Assembly (NCBI GenBank): GCA_041489255.1
Contig: JBGPQV010000003.1
Coordinates: 53,448 to 77,447, forward strand
Length of the DNA: 24,000 bases
Source: Thermoplasmata archaeon
GTDB lineage: Archaea; Thermoplasmatota; Thermoplasmata; RBG-16-68-12; JAFNFQ01
Direction of reading: 5' to 3'
Shown here: positions 8,301-15,869 of the stretch, piece after piece
How positions within the stretch are numbered: the stretch's first letter is position 1
Layout of the letters: each line of letters opens with the position of its first letter
The notes under the pieces: model-generated
The model's input: only the letters and a program-made list of their open reading frames with translations
The model's database searches: none
Told to the model about the DNA's origin: nothing
Made by a program: the position numbers and the translations under genes

Positions 8301-11300
8301 GGGGAATCGAATCGAAACTCAAGCCAACCGTAGAGGGCGCCGGATACTTCGACTGAAGAAACGGCATAATCGCTTGCCAGAGGTCCAATTTCGCCGGTGG
8401 AGAGATCCCATGAGGCCGCCTCACCCAAGACGAGGTCGATCCATGCGGTTTCGCCAGTCGGAATGGCGTAGGCGACTGCGACTTTGACCGTAATTAGAGA
8501 TTGAGGCCCATCGCTGGAGGAAATGTAGAATGGGACGCCCGCCGCGTATCCGGCCCATCCGTCATCAGGAACATGCAGCCCCGGGAATGTTGGGTTGGAG
8601 TCATGAGAACCTGACCATTTGTGGGGCTGGAATGTCAGGACCACCCGCGGAGCATCCCAACCCATCACTGGTTTGACTTGTTCAAGAACCCCTTTCTTGA
8701 CGGGGACTTTCAGATAGAGCTCGGTGTCTCCGCCGGTGTCTCCGCCAGCATCCTCAAAGAGCGTCCATGTATACCAATACGTCCCCACCTCCGGAGTTGC
8801 GCATTGGCCTGCATCATTGGTGCTACAAAGCCACTTGGGCCATTCCTCATACGCAGCGGCGCCGAACTCGGTGCCGTCTTTCGCCCCATCTGCATCGAAA
8901 TCGCGCTGGAAGCTGTCAGCCATGGCGAAATCGCCTAGGGCGCCAGAAAGAGACCAGACGTAGTCATACGCGGTATTCCTCCAAGTCTCCTCACCGATGT
9001 ACTTATGTTTCATCGGAACCCATTCGCCTGCGTCCCCATTCCCATCCCAATGATACATCAAGAGTCCATCCTCGCCCACTGGATTCCCTAAGTTGTCGAC
9101 TGGACCCTCTGGATAACTGATTTTGACCACAGCGCGGTAGCCTTGAGCTGACGAGGTCTCCACGTGAATCACCTGCCCTACGAGCCCTGCATCAGTGAAT
9201 GTCTGAGAACCTTCGGTAATGGTGACCGTTGCGCCAGGGTCAGGCATACCAAAATCGAGGGCCACACTCACTCCAAGGTCTCTGTTGACTGCAATCACAT
9301 CAGGCTCGAAGTCGGACGGGAGCAGGATTCCGAGCGTTGGGTTTGCGGCAGCGTCTGGGTCGATGTCGTATTCTAGGTTGCGAACGTCAAGGCCATCAGG
9401 TATCAAGTCGTAATCTGTGTCAGCGTCTGCGGGGTTGGTGTTCTGAAGATATTCCTGTAGGTTCGTGAGAGTGTCCCCATCCTTATATTCGGAAGAGTCA
9501 TCATAGGTCGGCAATAGTCCGTATTTCACTTCCCAACCATCCGGCATCCCGTCAGGCTCTGTGTCCGCCTGTATAGGATTGGTGTCAGTCTGGATTTGCT
9601 CCACTGAATCGGTTAGCCCATCATTATCGCTGTCAGGTATGTTCGGATTGGTCTCAGCGGTTCCCTCCAGCCCCGTCCATGAGCCAGTATCTACGCGGCC
9701 GTCGATGTCACGATCTTCGAATTCCCCCTGTTCGATTCCATCGCTGTCAGTGTCAATCCACCCGTCGGGCAAACCATCTGAATCGCTATCCACATTCAAC
9801 GGATTCGTTACCGTAGTTGGGTCCTCATCCGGGACGAATCCTGATGGTGCTCCCAAGGTCTGCGAGTCCCCGTCATTCTGCCAATCCGCAAGAGAATCGT
9901 AGCCTTGAGGCCAAGGGAGCCCTGCTTCCTGTCCGTCTGTCAGGTGATCACCATCTGTGTCGCGCATACTTGGATTCGTTTCGATGTTGTCGACACAACC
10001 ATCGCGGTCTACATCCTCAGTGCCGTCCCATAAACCGTCGTCATCTGTATCTCTATCCAGAGGATTCGTGGTTGTGCTTGAATCGGAATCTCTCTTGGGG
10101 ATGCCAAATATGTCTCTGTCCAGTGTGTCGCCAACCTCCGGCAACCCAAGCTCAAGTCCATCAGGAAGCCCGTCACCATCCGTATCCGCAATCGAAGGGT
10201 CGGTTTCCTCTGCATCGATGTTGCCGTCAAGGTTCTTGTCCTCGCTCTCCCATCTGTCAATCAGTCCATTCCCTTCCGTTCCCTGGGGATTCGTTGCGGG
10301 ATCGTAGTCATCATGGTCAGGGTCAGGATTGCCGATCAGGTCATATCCGGGTTCCTGCCAGCTGAAAAGACAGCCTGACGCCCCCAAGCCACAATCCACC
10401 CATCCATCTGGCAGCCCATCCTTGTCTGTGTCTATGCTTGTGGGATTAGTCGTCACGGAGTCTGGGACATCATATCCTGGTACACCGGTCTCCACTCCAT
10501 CCCCCAATCCATCATCGTCCGTGTCGGCATCCAGAGGATTCGTTAGATAGGTATCACTACCTCGAACGGCTTCCTCGCCGTCCTTCACGCCGTCATCGTC
10601 TGAGTCATCATCCAGGGGGTTCGTTTCGCCTGGACCATCTCCATCATTCCATACGCCCGCATCTGTTGCGCCATTCAGGTTTCGGTCTTCGAACTCTCCT
10701 GAATTCCGCGTCTGATCGTCATTGAAGTCAATCCACCCATCGGGTAGCCCATCATTGTCCGTGTCCCAGCGGAGCGGGTCAGTGACCGTGCCTGGGTCCG
10801 AGTCGATTCCAAGAAGACCGACCTCCAGTCCGTCGGGCAATCCATCCCCGTCTGTATCTGCTTGAGATGGATTCGTCTCTCCTGGCCCAGAACCGGGGCC
10901 GCTTCCGGCATCCCATGCCCCGGTATCCACCACACCGTCGAGGTCACGATCCTCGTATTCACCGACATCGCGCAGGCCATTGCTGTTTAGGTCAAACCAG
11001 CCATCGGGAAGTCCGTCTCCATCCGTGTCTATAATAGTCGGGTTCGTGGTCGTTAATGGATCGGAGTCAGGGCCATAACTAACGCCATCGACAATGCCGT
11101 AACCCCACGGAGGGGATAGCGTGTCTGAGGCGCGCATCGGGGAGTCGTCGGTGAGCCCCACCTCCAACCCATCCGAGAGATGGTCGCCGTCCATGTCTGG
11201 ATTGAGCGGATCTGTGATGAATGTATCCTCGCCTGCGAATAGTTCTTCCCAGTCTGTCAAGCCGTCGTTGTCGGTATCATCGCTCGTCGGATTGGTTCCA

Positions 11301-13960
11301 TATAGTTCGACTTCGGCATAATCGAGCAGCAGGTCCCCGTCGGTATCGGGATTGTTCTTATTCAAACCATTCGCGTCCTCCCATTCGTCCCTCAGTTGGT
11401 CACCGTCTGAGTCCAGTTCGATAACGACTATGGCAGTGTCATCGCCAAAGGACCCAGAAGCGTCCGTTGCCGTGAGAGAGACCGTGTATGTCCCAGATAC
11501 TGTGAATGTATGAACGGTATTCGGCATCATTTCGTGAGGGCTGCCGTCGCCGAAGTCCCAGACGAAAGTGAGCGGTTCACCATCATCATCTTCCGCCTCA
11601 GCAGAGAATATTATGGGCGCAGCGGCGCCATGGATTCTCCGATCAGGACCTGCGAACGCAGTTGGCGGAGTGTTCGCGACTCTAATAAGGTGAGTATCAT
11701 AGGACACAAGCCCGTGCTTGTCCGTCACACGGAGGGTAGCCGAGTACTCGCCCCGAGAAGAATACCGATGCATTGTGCGCGAGCCCGAGCCCGTCGAAGA
11801 GTCGCCGAAGAACCAAAGATAGGAGAGGTCGGACAAGTCGTCCTGGCCGTCGGAGGAATGGATGCCGCTGAGTACCGATGCATGCGTCTCTGCTCCTAGG
11901 GAGAGGACCTCAAAGGCGGCATTCGGAGCAACGTTAGAGACCGTAACGCTATGGGTCTTGGTGCTCATGACCCCGTTGTCGTCAGTGACTGTTAGAATCA
12001 CGCCATAGCTTCCTTCCCGCCTGTAGGAATGGGTAGGCGAGACGCCTGAGGCCTTAGCTCCGTCTCCGAACTGCCAATAGTAGTCCAGAGCCGTGCGATC
12101 TGAAGCTGTGTCGGTCGAAAGGGAACCGTCATAGTACACCATCGTGTCCTCATCTACTTGGGAGGGTGTGAATGCGAAGTCAGCGTTCGGCGCCCCATTC
12201 GTCACACTGACACGTCTGCTGTTAGCGCCCCAGTCCCCCTTCCCGTCTGTGACCTTCAGCACTACGGTGTACGTTCCGGCGCGCAAGTACGCATGAGTGG
12301 TCGAGGCGGTGCTCGTGGTGGCCGTCACGCCGTCGCCAAGATCCCAAAAGAAAGATGGAGCCGGCGAGGAGGGCCCGTCGCTGTCCGCGTATATGCCCGT
12401 GAAGGTGAATGTCTGGTCCTCGGCTTTTGTCGCCGCGTTCACGTTGACGGCCGTAATCTCGGGAGCCTTGTTGTCCAGCACCCCGCCCTTGAACGTGCAC
12501 GTGGCAGTGTTCGTGCCCCCATCCCCATCGTCGGCCTTCAGGGTGACGGTGTATGTCGTCTTGGAGGAGGGGAATTTATGCGTCACGTTCCACCACACAC
12601 GGTAGGGGGAAACGTGGCTTGGGTTTGCGAACGTCTGGACAGCGTCAGCGCTCCCGTCCCCGAAGTGCCACGTTAAGGTGAGGGCGTCGGCGCCGACCTC
12701 ATGGGCAATCCCTTTGAGGACGGACGATGTCGCCCCGACGATTGATGCGTACGGCGCGCGGTTCTGCACGGTGACGGTCACGCTGGAAGTGGTAGAAGCC
12801 GAATGAGGATCGGTGACCGCGAGGTTCACCGTCGCGGATGTCTCATCGTACCATACATACGTTGGCCTGCTCCCTGTCATCGATGCACTACCACTCCACG
12901 AATAAGCCAAGGCGTCGGCATCGCTCGACGTATCGGTGGACGCGGTGGCATCGAAGAGCACTGTCTGTGCTTCCGAAACGGTGATTGAATTGCCTGCTGT
13001 TGCCGTCGGCGCTCCGTTGGCGACGTTCACCACATGCTGCGTGGTTGACGTGGCGTCGTTGTCGTCGCGGACGGTAAGCAGAACAGCGAAGTTGCCCGGA
13101 GATGAATACGCATGGGTGATGGTCCTACCTTGGCCATACTGCCCGTCTCCGAAATCCCATGCGAATGTCAGCGGGTGCCTAGTGATGGCGTTGCCCGGCA
13201 AGGCGTTGTCAGTTGCGGTGTCTGTTGAACCCGAGGCGTCGAACGTCACTACAGCATCCATGTATGGACTCGTAGGAGAATAGACGAAAGAGGCAGACGG
13301 ATTGGCATTCACAATGACCACGTTCCGAGTCGCCGTGTCGGCGTTCCCGGCTGCGTCTCGCACGATCAGGTGCACGCGATAGGTTCCTGCGTATCCATAG
13401 GAATGCGTCTCAATGCCTGCAGTGCTCGTTGCCCCGTCACCAAAATCCCATTCGTATCGGAGATCCTCTCGCGGGTATGTGGCCGGCCACGAGGTCGTGG
13501 CATCAAACTGAATGCTCTCGTCCTCCGCCACGCTTGCGGTGTCAGCCGGAGTCGTGAGGATGACTGCCCCGGGAACTCCCCCTGATCCGTAGCTCGGACT
13601 CTTGATGTGGATGCGGATTGTGTCCAGAGCCATCGTCCCAGTCGACTCTTCGGCAACCAAAGCCACGTCGTAAATCCCGTCCGTTGTGAACGAGTGTACA
13701 GGTGAAGGATCCGTCGAAGAGGTGCCGTCTCCGAAAAACCATGTGAAAGATAAGGCATTTCCGGGTTGCCCGGGGCTTGACCCACTTGAGTCAAACTCGA
13801 TGTCTTCTCCCGGATCTGCCGGGTCTGACTCTTCGGTTCCGTCGAGCGCATCCGCCACGGCGACAGGCGGCGGATAGCTCGCCTTGACAAGAGTTGTGGC
13901 GCCTGAGATCACGGTTATAAAGGCCAAAGCCAAAGCCATTAGACTTCTCATCCCGATCAT
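5357..13960 (-). CDS. Giant secreted polymorphic-toxin-like protein (about 2867 aa from ATG 13960)
   Basis: ATG at 13958..13960 is preceded by GAGGAGGA and followed by the signal-like MIGMRSLMALALAFITVISGATTLVKA. A PKD block (approx 11422..13860) has nine W-x-F-G-D-G-type cores. TSP3-like acidic Ca-binding repeats (DTDGDGLPDG, DTDNDGLTDWEE and similar) occupy approx 9385..11421 and 7010..7830. An unassigned module lies at approx 7831..9384. A hydrophobic Gly/Ala-rich segment lies at approx 6050..6640. A distinct C-terminal domain of about 230 aa lies at 5360..6049. The coordinates include the stop codon. Confidence 0.85.
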   Translation of the reverse strand: MIGMRSLMALALAFITVISGATTLVKASYPPPVAVADALDGTEESDPADPGEDIEFDSSGSSPGQPGNALSFTWFFGDGTSSTDPSPVHSFTTDGIYDVALVAEESTGTMALDTIRIHIKSPSYGSGGVPGAVILTTPADTASVAEDESIQFDATTSWPATYPREDLRYEWDFGDGATSTAGIETHSYGYAGTYRVHLIVRDAAGNADTATRNVVIVNANPSASFVYSPTSPYMDAVVTFDASGSTDTATDNALPGNAITRHPLTFAWDFGDGQYGQGRTITHAYSSPGNFAVLLTVRDDNDATSTTQHVVNVANGAPTATAGNSITVSEAQTVLFDATASTDTSSDADALAYSWSGSASMTGSRPTYVWYDETSATVNLAVTDPHSASTTSSVTVTVQNRAPYASIVGATSSVLKGIAHEVGADALTLTWHFGDGSADAVQTFANPSHVSPYRVWWNVTHKFPSSKTTYTVTLKADDGDGGTNTATCTFKGGVLDNKAPEITAVNVNAATKAEDQTFTFTGIYADSDGPSSPAPSFFWDLGDGVTATTSTASTTHAYLRAGTYTVVLKVTDGKGDWGANSRRVSVTNGAPNADFAFTPSQVDEDTMVYYDGSLSTDTASDRTALDYYWQFGDGAKASGVSPTHSYRREGSYGVILTVTDDNGVMSTKTHSVTVSNVAPNAAFEVLSLGAETHASVLSGIHSSDGQDDLSDLSYLWFFGDSSTGSGSRTMHRYSSRGEYSATLRVTDKHGLVSYDTHLIRVANTPPTAFAGPDRRIHGAAAPIIFSAEAEDDDGEPLTFVWDFGDGSPHEMMPNTVHTFTVSGTYTVSLTATDASGSFGDDTAIVVIELDSDGDQLRDEWEDANGLNKNNPDTDGDLLLDYAEVELYGTNPTSDDTDNDGLTDWEELFAGEDTFITDPLNPDMDGDHLSDGLEVGLTDDSPMRASDTLSPPWGYGIVDGVSYGPDSDPLTTTNPTIIDTDGDGLPDGWFDLNSNGLRDVGEYEDRDLDGVVDTGAWDAGSGPGSGPGETNPSQADTDGDGLPDGLEVGLLGIDSDPGTVTDPLRWDTDNDGLPDGWIDFNDDQTRNSGEFEDRNLNGATDAGVWNDGDGPGETNPLDDDSDDDGVKDGEEAVRGSDTYLTNPLDADTDDDGLGDGVETGVPGYDVPDSVTTNPTSIDTDKDGLPDGWVDCGLGASGCLFSWQEPGYDLIGNPDPDHDDYDPATNPQGTEGNGLIDRWESEDKNLDGNIDAEETDPSIADTDGDGLPDGLELGLPEVGDTLDRDIFGIPKRDSDSSTTTNPLDRDTDDDGLWDGTEDVDRDGCVDNIETNPSMRDTDGDHLTDGQEAGLPWPQGYDSLADWQNDGDSQTLGAPSGFVPDEDPTTVTNPLNVDSDSDGLPDGWIDTDSDGIEQGEFEDRDIDGRVDTGSWTGLEGTAETNPNIPDSDNDGLTDSVEQIQTDTNPIQADTEPDGMPDGWEVKYGLLPTYDDSSEYKDGDTLTNLQEYLQNTNPADADTDYDLIPDGLDVRNLEYDIDPDAAANPTLGILLPSDFEPDVIAVNRDLGVSVALDFGMPDPGATVTITEGSQTFTDAGLVGQVIHVETSSAQGYRAVVKISYPEGPVDNLGNPVGEDGLLMYHWDGNGDAGEWVPMKHKYIGEETWRNTAYDYVWSLSGALGDFAMADSFQRDFDADGAKDGTEFGAAAYEEWPKWLCSTNDAGQCATPEVGTYWYTWTLFEDAGGDTGGDTELYLKVPVKKGVLEQVKPVMGWDAPRVVLTFQPHKWSGSHDSNPTFPGLHVPDDGWAGYAAGVPFYISSSDGPQSLITVKVAVAYAIPTGETAWIDLVLGEAASWDLSTGEIGPLASDYAVSSVEVSGALYGWLEFRFDSPVLLEAETTYWMILRMFNGEFYWAASDDARIWANHALLYDVNFFESIDWTTDSGSLVYQMFCVDYPHDVSINIVTSEGDDNPEWKQEGYVSPDAGIPFPWTDHLIVLLDTDAINALLASYPDVDGYQFIPIRFHSSTKGDLLLESILVILGGRDYTPEDLLDSDSDGLSDGIEGLPAYSCLSSTNPDSDGDGILDGSEIDWWVDTDGDSLINACDPDSDGDGLWDGWNDNQGTPNQIWDSGELMGERNYRTSPVLSDTDGDGLWDGWHDTLRNQVWDSGEELGEVGYLGEPNPGGGYGTNPLEPDTDGDGLKDGEEVTGVYGWVTNPLNPDCDGDLLLDGIEILGWDTVMLTSVANVYEMTRILDDTSLPVHAQNMVSEAIRPLFTRYHVTSDPDKKDTDGDGLNDLMEFLQKVDPRKQDSDGDRMKDDIDDEPSVVELVVPYIDLSWSTSLCWEGLKCVHVTIVMSDNVGLGSLITVVDGKEYSNDDLYANIFDTRNKDFSIGFLDAFTGKTVDFYVVDVNGNANHYWLKQDTYFDRARDLLKDLTVKYLGPEVGGMAVGLWDCFSGMFTSIPSIMKNAGSLFDSGASFGHDLLNSGNPGDTLRNALGSLYDALVQQAENANPYDPVPDGDNDPWDMSNDHETFNYWYWIGNIIGMIVTAGAGAAVKGALEAGNIGAMITQALSKLGPLQRIISFAARAYEYFGRCTVKLALAGAIFAGSYALAELFGGFFEEMFANGIGLAGLVLMTKWSADVLGISDDILRGRTKALLRLPEAEVIGFEAAFPDRAIREGVWRSVTKDVIELEPGALERFGAWVRKNGANPLDEGAGADEVLKAWKASGLPDGIAVLKMGDGRFGQFHVIGRHIEGSIVSLDKDITSFFPTGKTITGYPIEKTLPPAMTDAQVWELLRDGLRNTPLGDIKLDTNSGNLIYTYKPHMYGIDEVTIVVRASDGSIISFFPVQGENVWAWIKALNDWRQQI

Positions 13961-14032
13961 CAATGTATCCTCCTCACGTCCCAACAATCCGCTCAATCCA
14001 ATTGAATGGGACGCACGGGGATAACCATCTAG

Positions 14033-14041
14033 CCTTAAATG
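14033..14041 (-). promoter_or_regulatory. TATA-like box candidate for the giant toxin gene
   Basis: The minus strand reads CTAAACATTTAAGG, about 75-80 nt upstream of ATG 13960 and only a few bp from the IS target-site duplication. Motif resemblance is the only evidence. Confidence 0.25.
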
Positions 14042-14045
14042 TTTA

Positions 14046-14053
14046 GTCTCCCG
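14046..14053. repeat. Target-site duplication GTCTCCCG (left copy)
   Basis: The identical 8-mer directly abuts both IS ends (14046..14053 and 15102..15109). Confidence 0.85.
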
Positions 14054-14071
14054 AACTGTGTTGAACAAATC
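14054..14071. repeat. IS terminal inverted repeat (left)
   Basis: AACTGTGTTGAACAAATC. It matches the reverse complement of 15084..15101 at 17/18 positions. Confidence 0.85.
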
Positions 14072-14109
14072 CCGTCTTTTTCTCCCTCCGACCTCCCGAC
14101 CTCCCGCCA

Positions 14110-15033
14110 TCAGGGCATCTGCAGGAGCATCGCGTAGACAGCGAACTTCGCCATGACCTCCCTGTACATCAGGTCGAGCCTCCTCGCCATCACGTTCTCC
14201 CCGAATATCCTCTTCTCGCCGGAGAAGGTCCACTCAGCCGCCCACCTCATCCCATACCCGTGTTTCTCCCTCCAGCCATCGTACCCGAGGGACCTGAGCT
14301 CCCTCACCGCCCTCGGCCTGGCCGATGAGCCCAACGATTTGCAGGTCGCACCAGCCTTGATCCTGATCCCCGCCCCGATTCCTTTGTCCTCCAGGAGCTG
14401 GAAGTTCGCGCGGCTGTCGTAGGCGGCGTCGGCGAGGACCTCCCGTATGCGCCCCTTCCCCAGGGCCCTCTCCGCCTTCTCCAGCAGGGCGGGGAACATC
14501 GTCGTGTCGCCTATCCCCTCGTCGGTAGCTTTCATCGCCACGGGCCCTCCGTCAACGTCCACCGCCAGGTGCACCTTTATCCAGCCCCGGTGGCGGTGCC
14601 ACTTCTCCCTCATCCACTCCCCCCTGTTCGTGACCTTGATTCCCGTGCTGTCGAAGGCGATCACGAACGGCCCGTCACCCTGAGGCGCGGGAATCTCAAG
14701 CTCCATGTCGGCTATCCGCCACCAGAGGGTCGTGTAGTCGGCAGGCCTGACCTTCCCCACGAACTTCGACATGCCGCAGAGGAAGCCCTCCATCTGCCTG
14801 TACTGCATCCTGAGGATCTGCCTGACGGCGGCGAGGAATCGCATCATGCTCTCGGGGAAGCCGTATGGACGCCCCCTCTTCCCGCCGTTCATCGTCCTCA
14901 GTTCGTCTTCCCACGAGTCCAGCCAGTCCATGCTGAGGTACAGCTCCCCCCGCCGGACGAGCCGCTCGTTGTACCCGGGCCAATTCCTCTTATCCTTGTA
15001 GTGCCTTTCACCCTCGCTCGGCATGGGTCCCAT
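14110..15033 (-). CDS. DDE transposase (IS4/IS5 superfamily)
   Basis: The N-terminal RNWPGYNERLVRRGEL motif is typical of IS5-like transposases. Acidic triad candidates lie in VIAFDSTGIKV and LADAAYDS, with the signature Y-x2-R-x3-E-x6-K in YGMRWAAEWTFSGEK. The start of the longest ORF at 15045 is TTG. ATG codons at 15033 and 15024 are more likely starts. Confidence 0.85.
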   Translation of the reverse strand: MGPMPSEGERHYKDKRNWPGYNERLVRRGELYLSMDWLDSWEDELRTMNGGKRGRPYGFPESMMRFLAAVRQILRMQYRQMEGFLCGMSKFVGKVRPADYTTLWWRIADMELEIPAPQGDGPFVIAFDSTGIKVTNRGEWMREKWHRHRGWIKVHLAVDVDGGPVAMKATDEGIGDTTMFPALLEKAERALGKGRIREVLADAAYDSRANFQLLEDKGIGAGIRIKAGATCKSLGSSARPRAVRELRSLGYDGWREKHGYGMRWAAEWTFSGEKRIFGENVMARRLDLMYREVMAKFAVYAMLLQMP

Positions 15034-15083
15034 CCCTGCTGACAAGGCAGGTTCTCATGCCGAGTTCCCACCATCAAACCATC

Positions 15084-15101
15084 GATTTATTCAACACAGT
15101 T
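15084..15101. repeat. IS terminal inverted repeat (right)
   Basis: GATTTATTCAACACAGTT. Its reverse complement matches 14054..14071 at 17/18 positions. Confidence 0.85.
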
Positions 15102-15109
15102 GTCTCCCG
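15102..15109. repeat. Target-site duplication GTCTCCCG (right copy)
   Basis: The identical 8-mer directly abuts both IS ends. Confidence 0.85.
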
Positions 15110-15165
15110 CAAATGGACGGAGTTAAATCGCCTAAAACGCGCTCGATTCGTCCATGTTCCATGCC

Positions 15166-15211
15166 GTCCCCAAAGCCTCCGCCCTGGCGGGCGGGGGCAC
15201 CTTTCCTTTTT
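15166..15211 (+). repeat. GC hairpin plus T-tract element, copy B
   Basis: The sequence is gtccccaaagcctccgccctggcgggcgggggcacctttccttttt. The stem 15176..15184 pairs with 15189..15197 around a 4-nt loop. It aligns with 2666..2714 at roughly 40 of 46 positions by eye, including an identical 18-nt 3' part, ggggcacctttccttttt. Confidence 0.6.
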
Positions 15212-15385
15212 ATGCGGTCTTAGGCTGGAAGTGAGGCTCGTCGAGGGGCTGCCGACTGATGCTGTAGACATGTTGAAGCAGTACCTCGCAGGACAGATCG
15301 GCACGATGGGGCTCGCAACACGACTCGAAGAAATACGCATGAAAGCCGCCACACTGCCGGGCTCGTTTCTCAAGCCATGATTTTG

Positions 15386-15400
15386 TCGATATGATATCGA
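15386..15400. promoter_or_regulatory. Perfect 15-bp palindrome TCGATATGATATCGA upstream of the zinc-ribbon gene (candidate operator)
   Basis: The palindrome was read directly from the sequence. It lies about 10 nt upstream of an A/T-rich TATA-like stretch (AAGTATTTTAT, approx 15408..15418) and about 47 nt upstream of ATG 15447. Confidence 0.3.
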
Positions 15401-15446
15401 GTTTGCAAAGTATTTTATGTCCAGGCGGAGGTAGTAAAGTCACATC

Positions 15447-15869
15447 ATGCCCCCCGAGGAAGAGCGAGAAGGCGAGATGGAGGAACCTCAGGAGCTGGCC
15501 CAAGAACAGGCCCCGGAAGTCCCCGTGGCCCCGCCAAAGCCCGAGTTGCGCATCGTCGACTTCTCGACAAAGAAGATCAATCCGTTCTGCACCGTCTGCG
15601 GTCTCGAGAAGGACAAGTACATGGAGGTCGAGGTCAAGGGAGTGATCGAGTACACATGCAGGGACTGCTACCGCAGGTCGAGGGGCGCGCCCGCCATGCC
15701 TCCGGCGGCGACCTGCAGGAAGTGCGGAACGCCGATGCAGGTGGGCGACAACTTCTGCGGGAAGTGCGGCAACCCCGCGGTGCTCAAGTGCACAGCCTGC
15801 AACAATGAGGTGGAGGAAGAGGACAGGTTCTGCGCGAAGTGCGGGGCGAAGCTATCCTTCGCGGACTAG
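15447..15869 (+). CDS. Triple zinc-ribbon protein with acidic N-terminus (140 aa)
   Basis: ATG at 15447. Three CxxC...CxxC pairs are present: CTVC...CRDC, CRKC...CGKC and CTAC...CAKC, in a double-zinc-ribbon style. The N-terminus MPPEEEREGEMEEPQELAQEQ is Glu-rich. Confidence 0.7.
   Translation: MPPEEEREGEMEEPQELAQEQAPEVPVAPPKPELRIVDFSTKKINPFCTVCGLEKDKYMEVEVKGVIEYTCRDCYRRSRGAPAMPPAATCRKCGTPMQVGDNFCGKCGNPAVLKCTACNNEVEEEDRFCAKCGAKLSFAD

Larger units (their letters stand above)
14054..15101 (-). mobile_element. Intact insertion sequence, IS4/IS5 superfamily (ISH1-group-like), 1048 bp
   Basis: The 18-bp terminal inverted repeats are AACTGTGTTGAACAAATC (14054..14071) and the reverse complement of 15084..15101 (AACTGTGTTGAATAAATC), 17/18 identical. 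An 8-bp direct repeat flanks the element, and it contains a single DDE transposase ORF. The size and 8-bp duplication fit what I recall for the ISH1 group of the IS5 family. Confidence 0.85.

Noticed and set aside
5514-13890. Dozens of 60-180-aa ORFs in other frames and on the plus strand across the giant gene (for example 9817..10365, 12158..12676, 13366..13890).
   Set aside because: All are nested inside one continuous, repeat-rich, clearly protein-like 8.6-kb ORF. Their compositions (Arg/Ser/Pro-rich) are typical of off-frame readings of GC-rich coding DNA.
13961-14233. N-terminal extension of the giant ORF (track start 14233, 2958 aa).
   Set aside because: The start at 14233 is GTG. The extension runs through the IS inverted repeat, the target duplication and the 3' end of the transposase gene. 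ATG 13960 has a GGAGGA ribosome-binding site and is followed immediately by a signal peptide.
14153-15042. Plus-strand ORFs inside the IS (14153..14422, 14447..14683, 14569..15042, 14771..15001).
   Set aside because: They are antisense to a transposase ORF that carries recognisable DDE and Y-R-E-K signatures.
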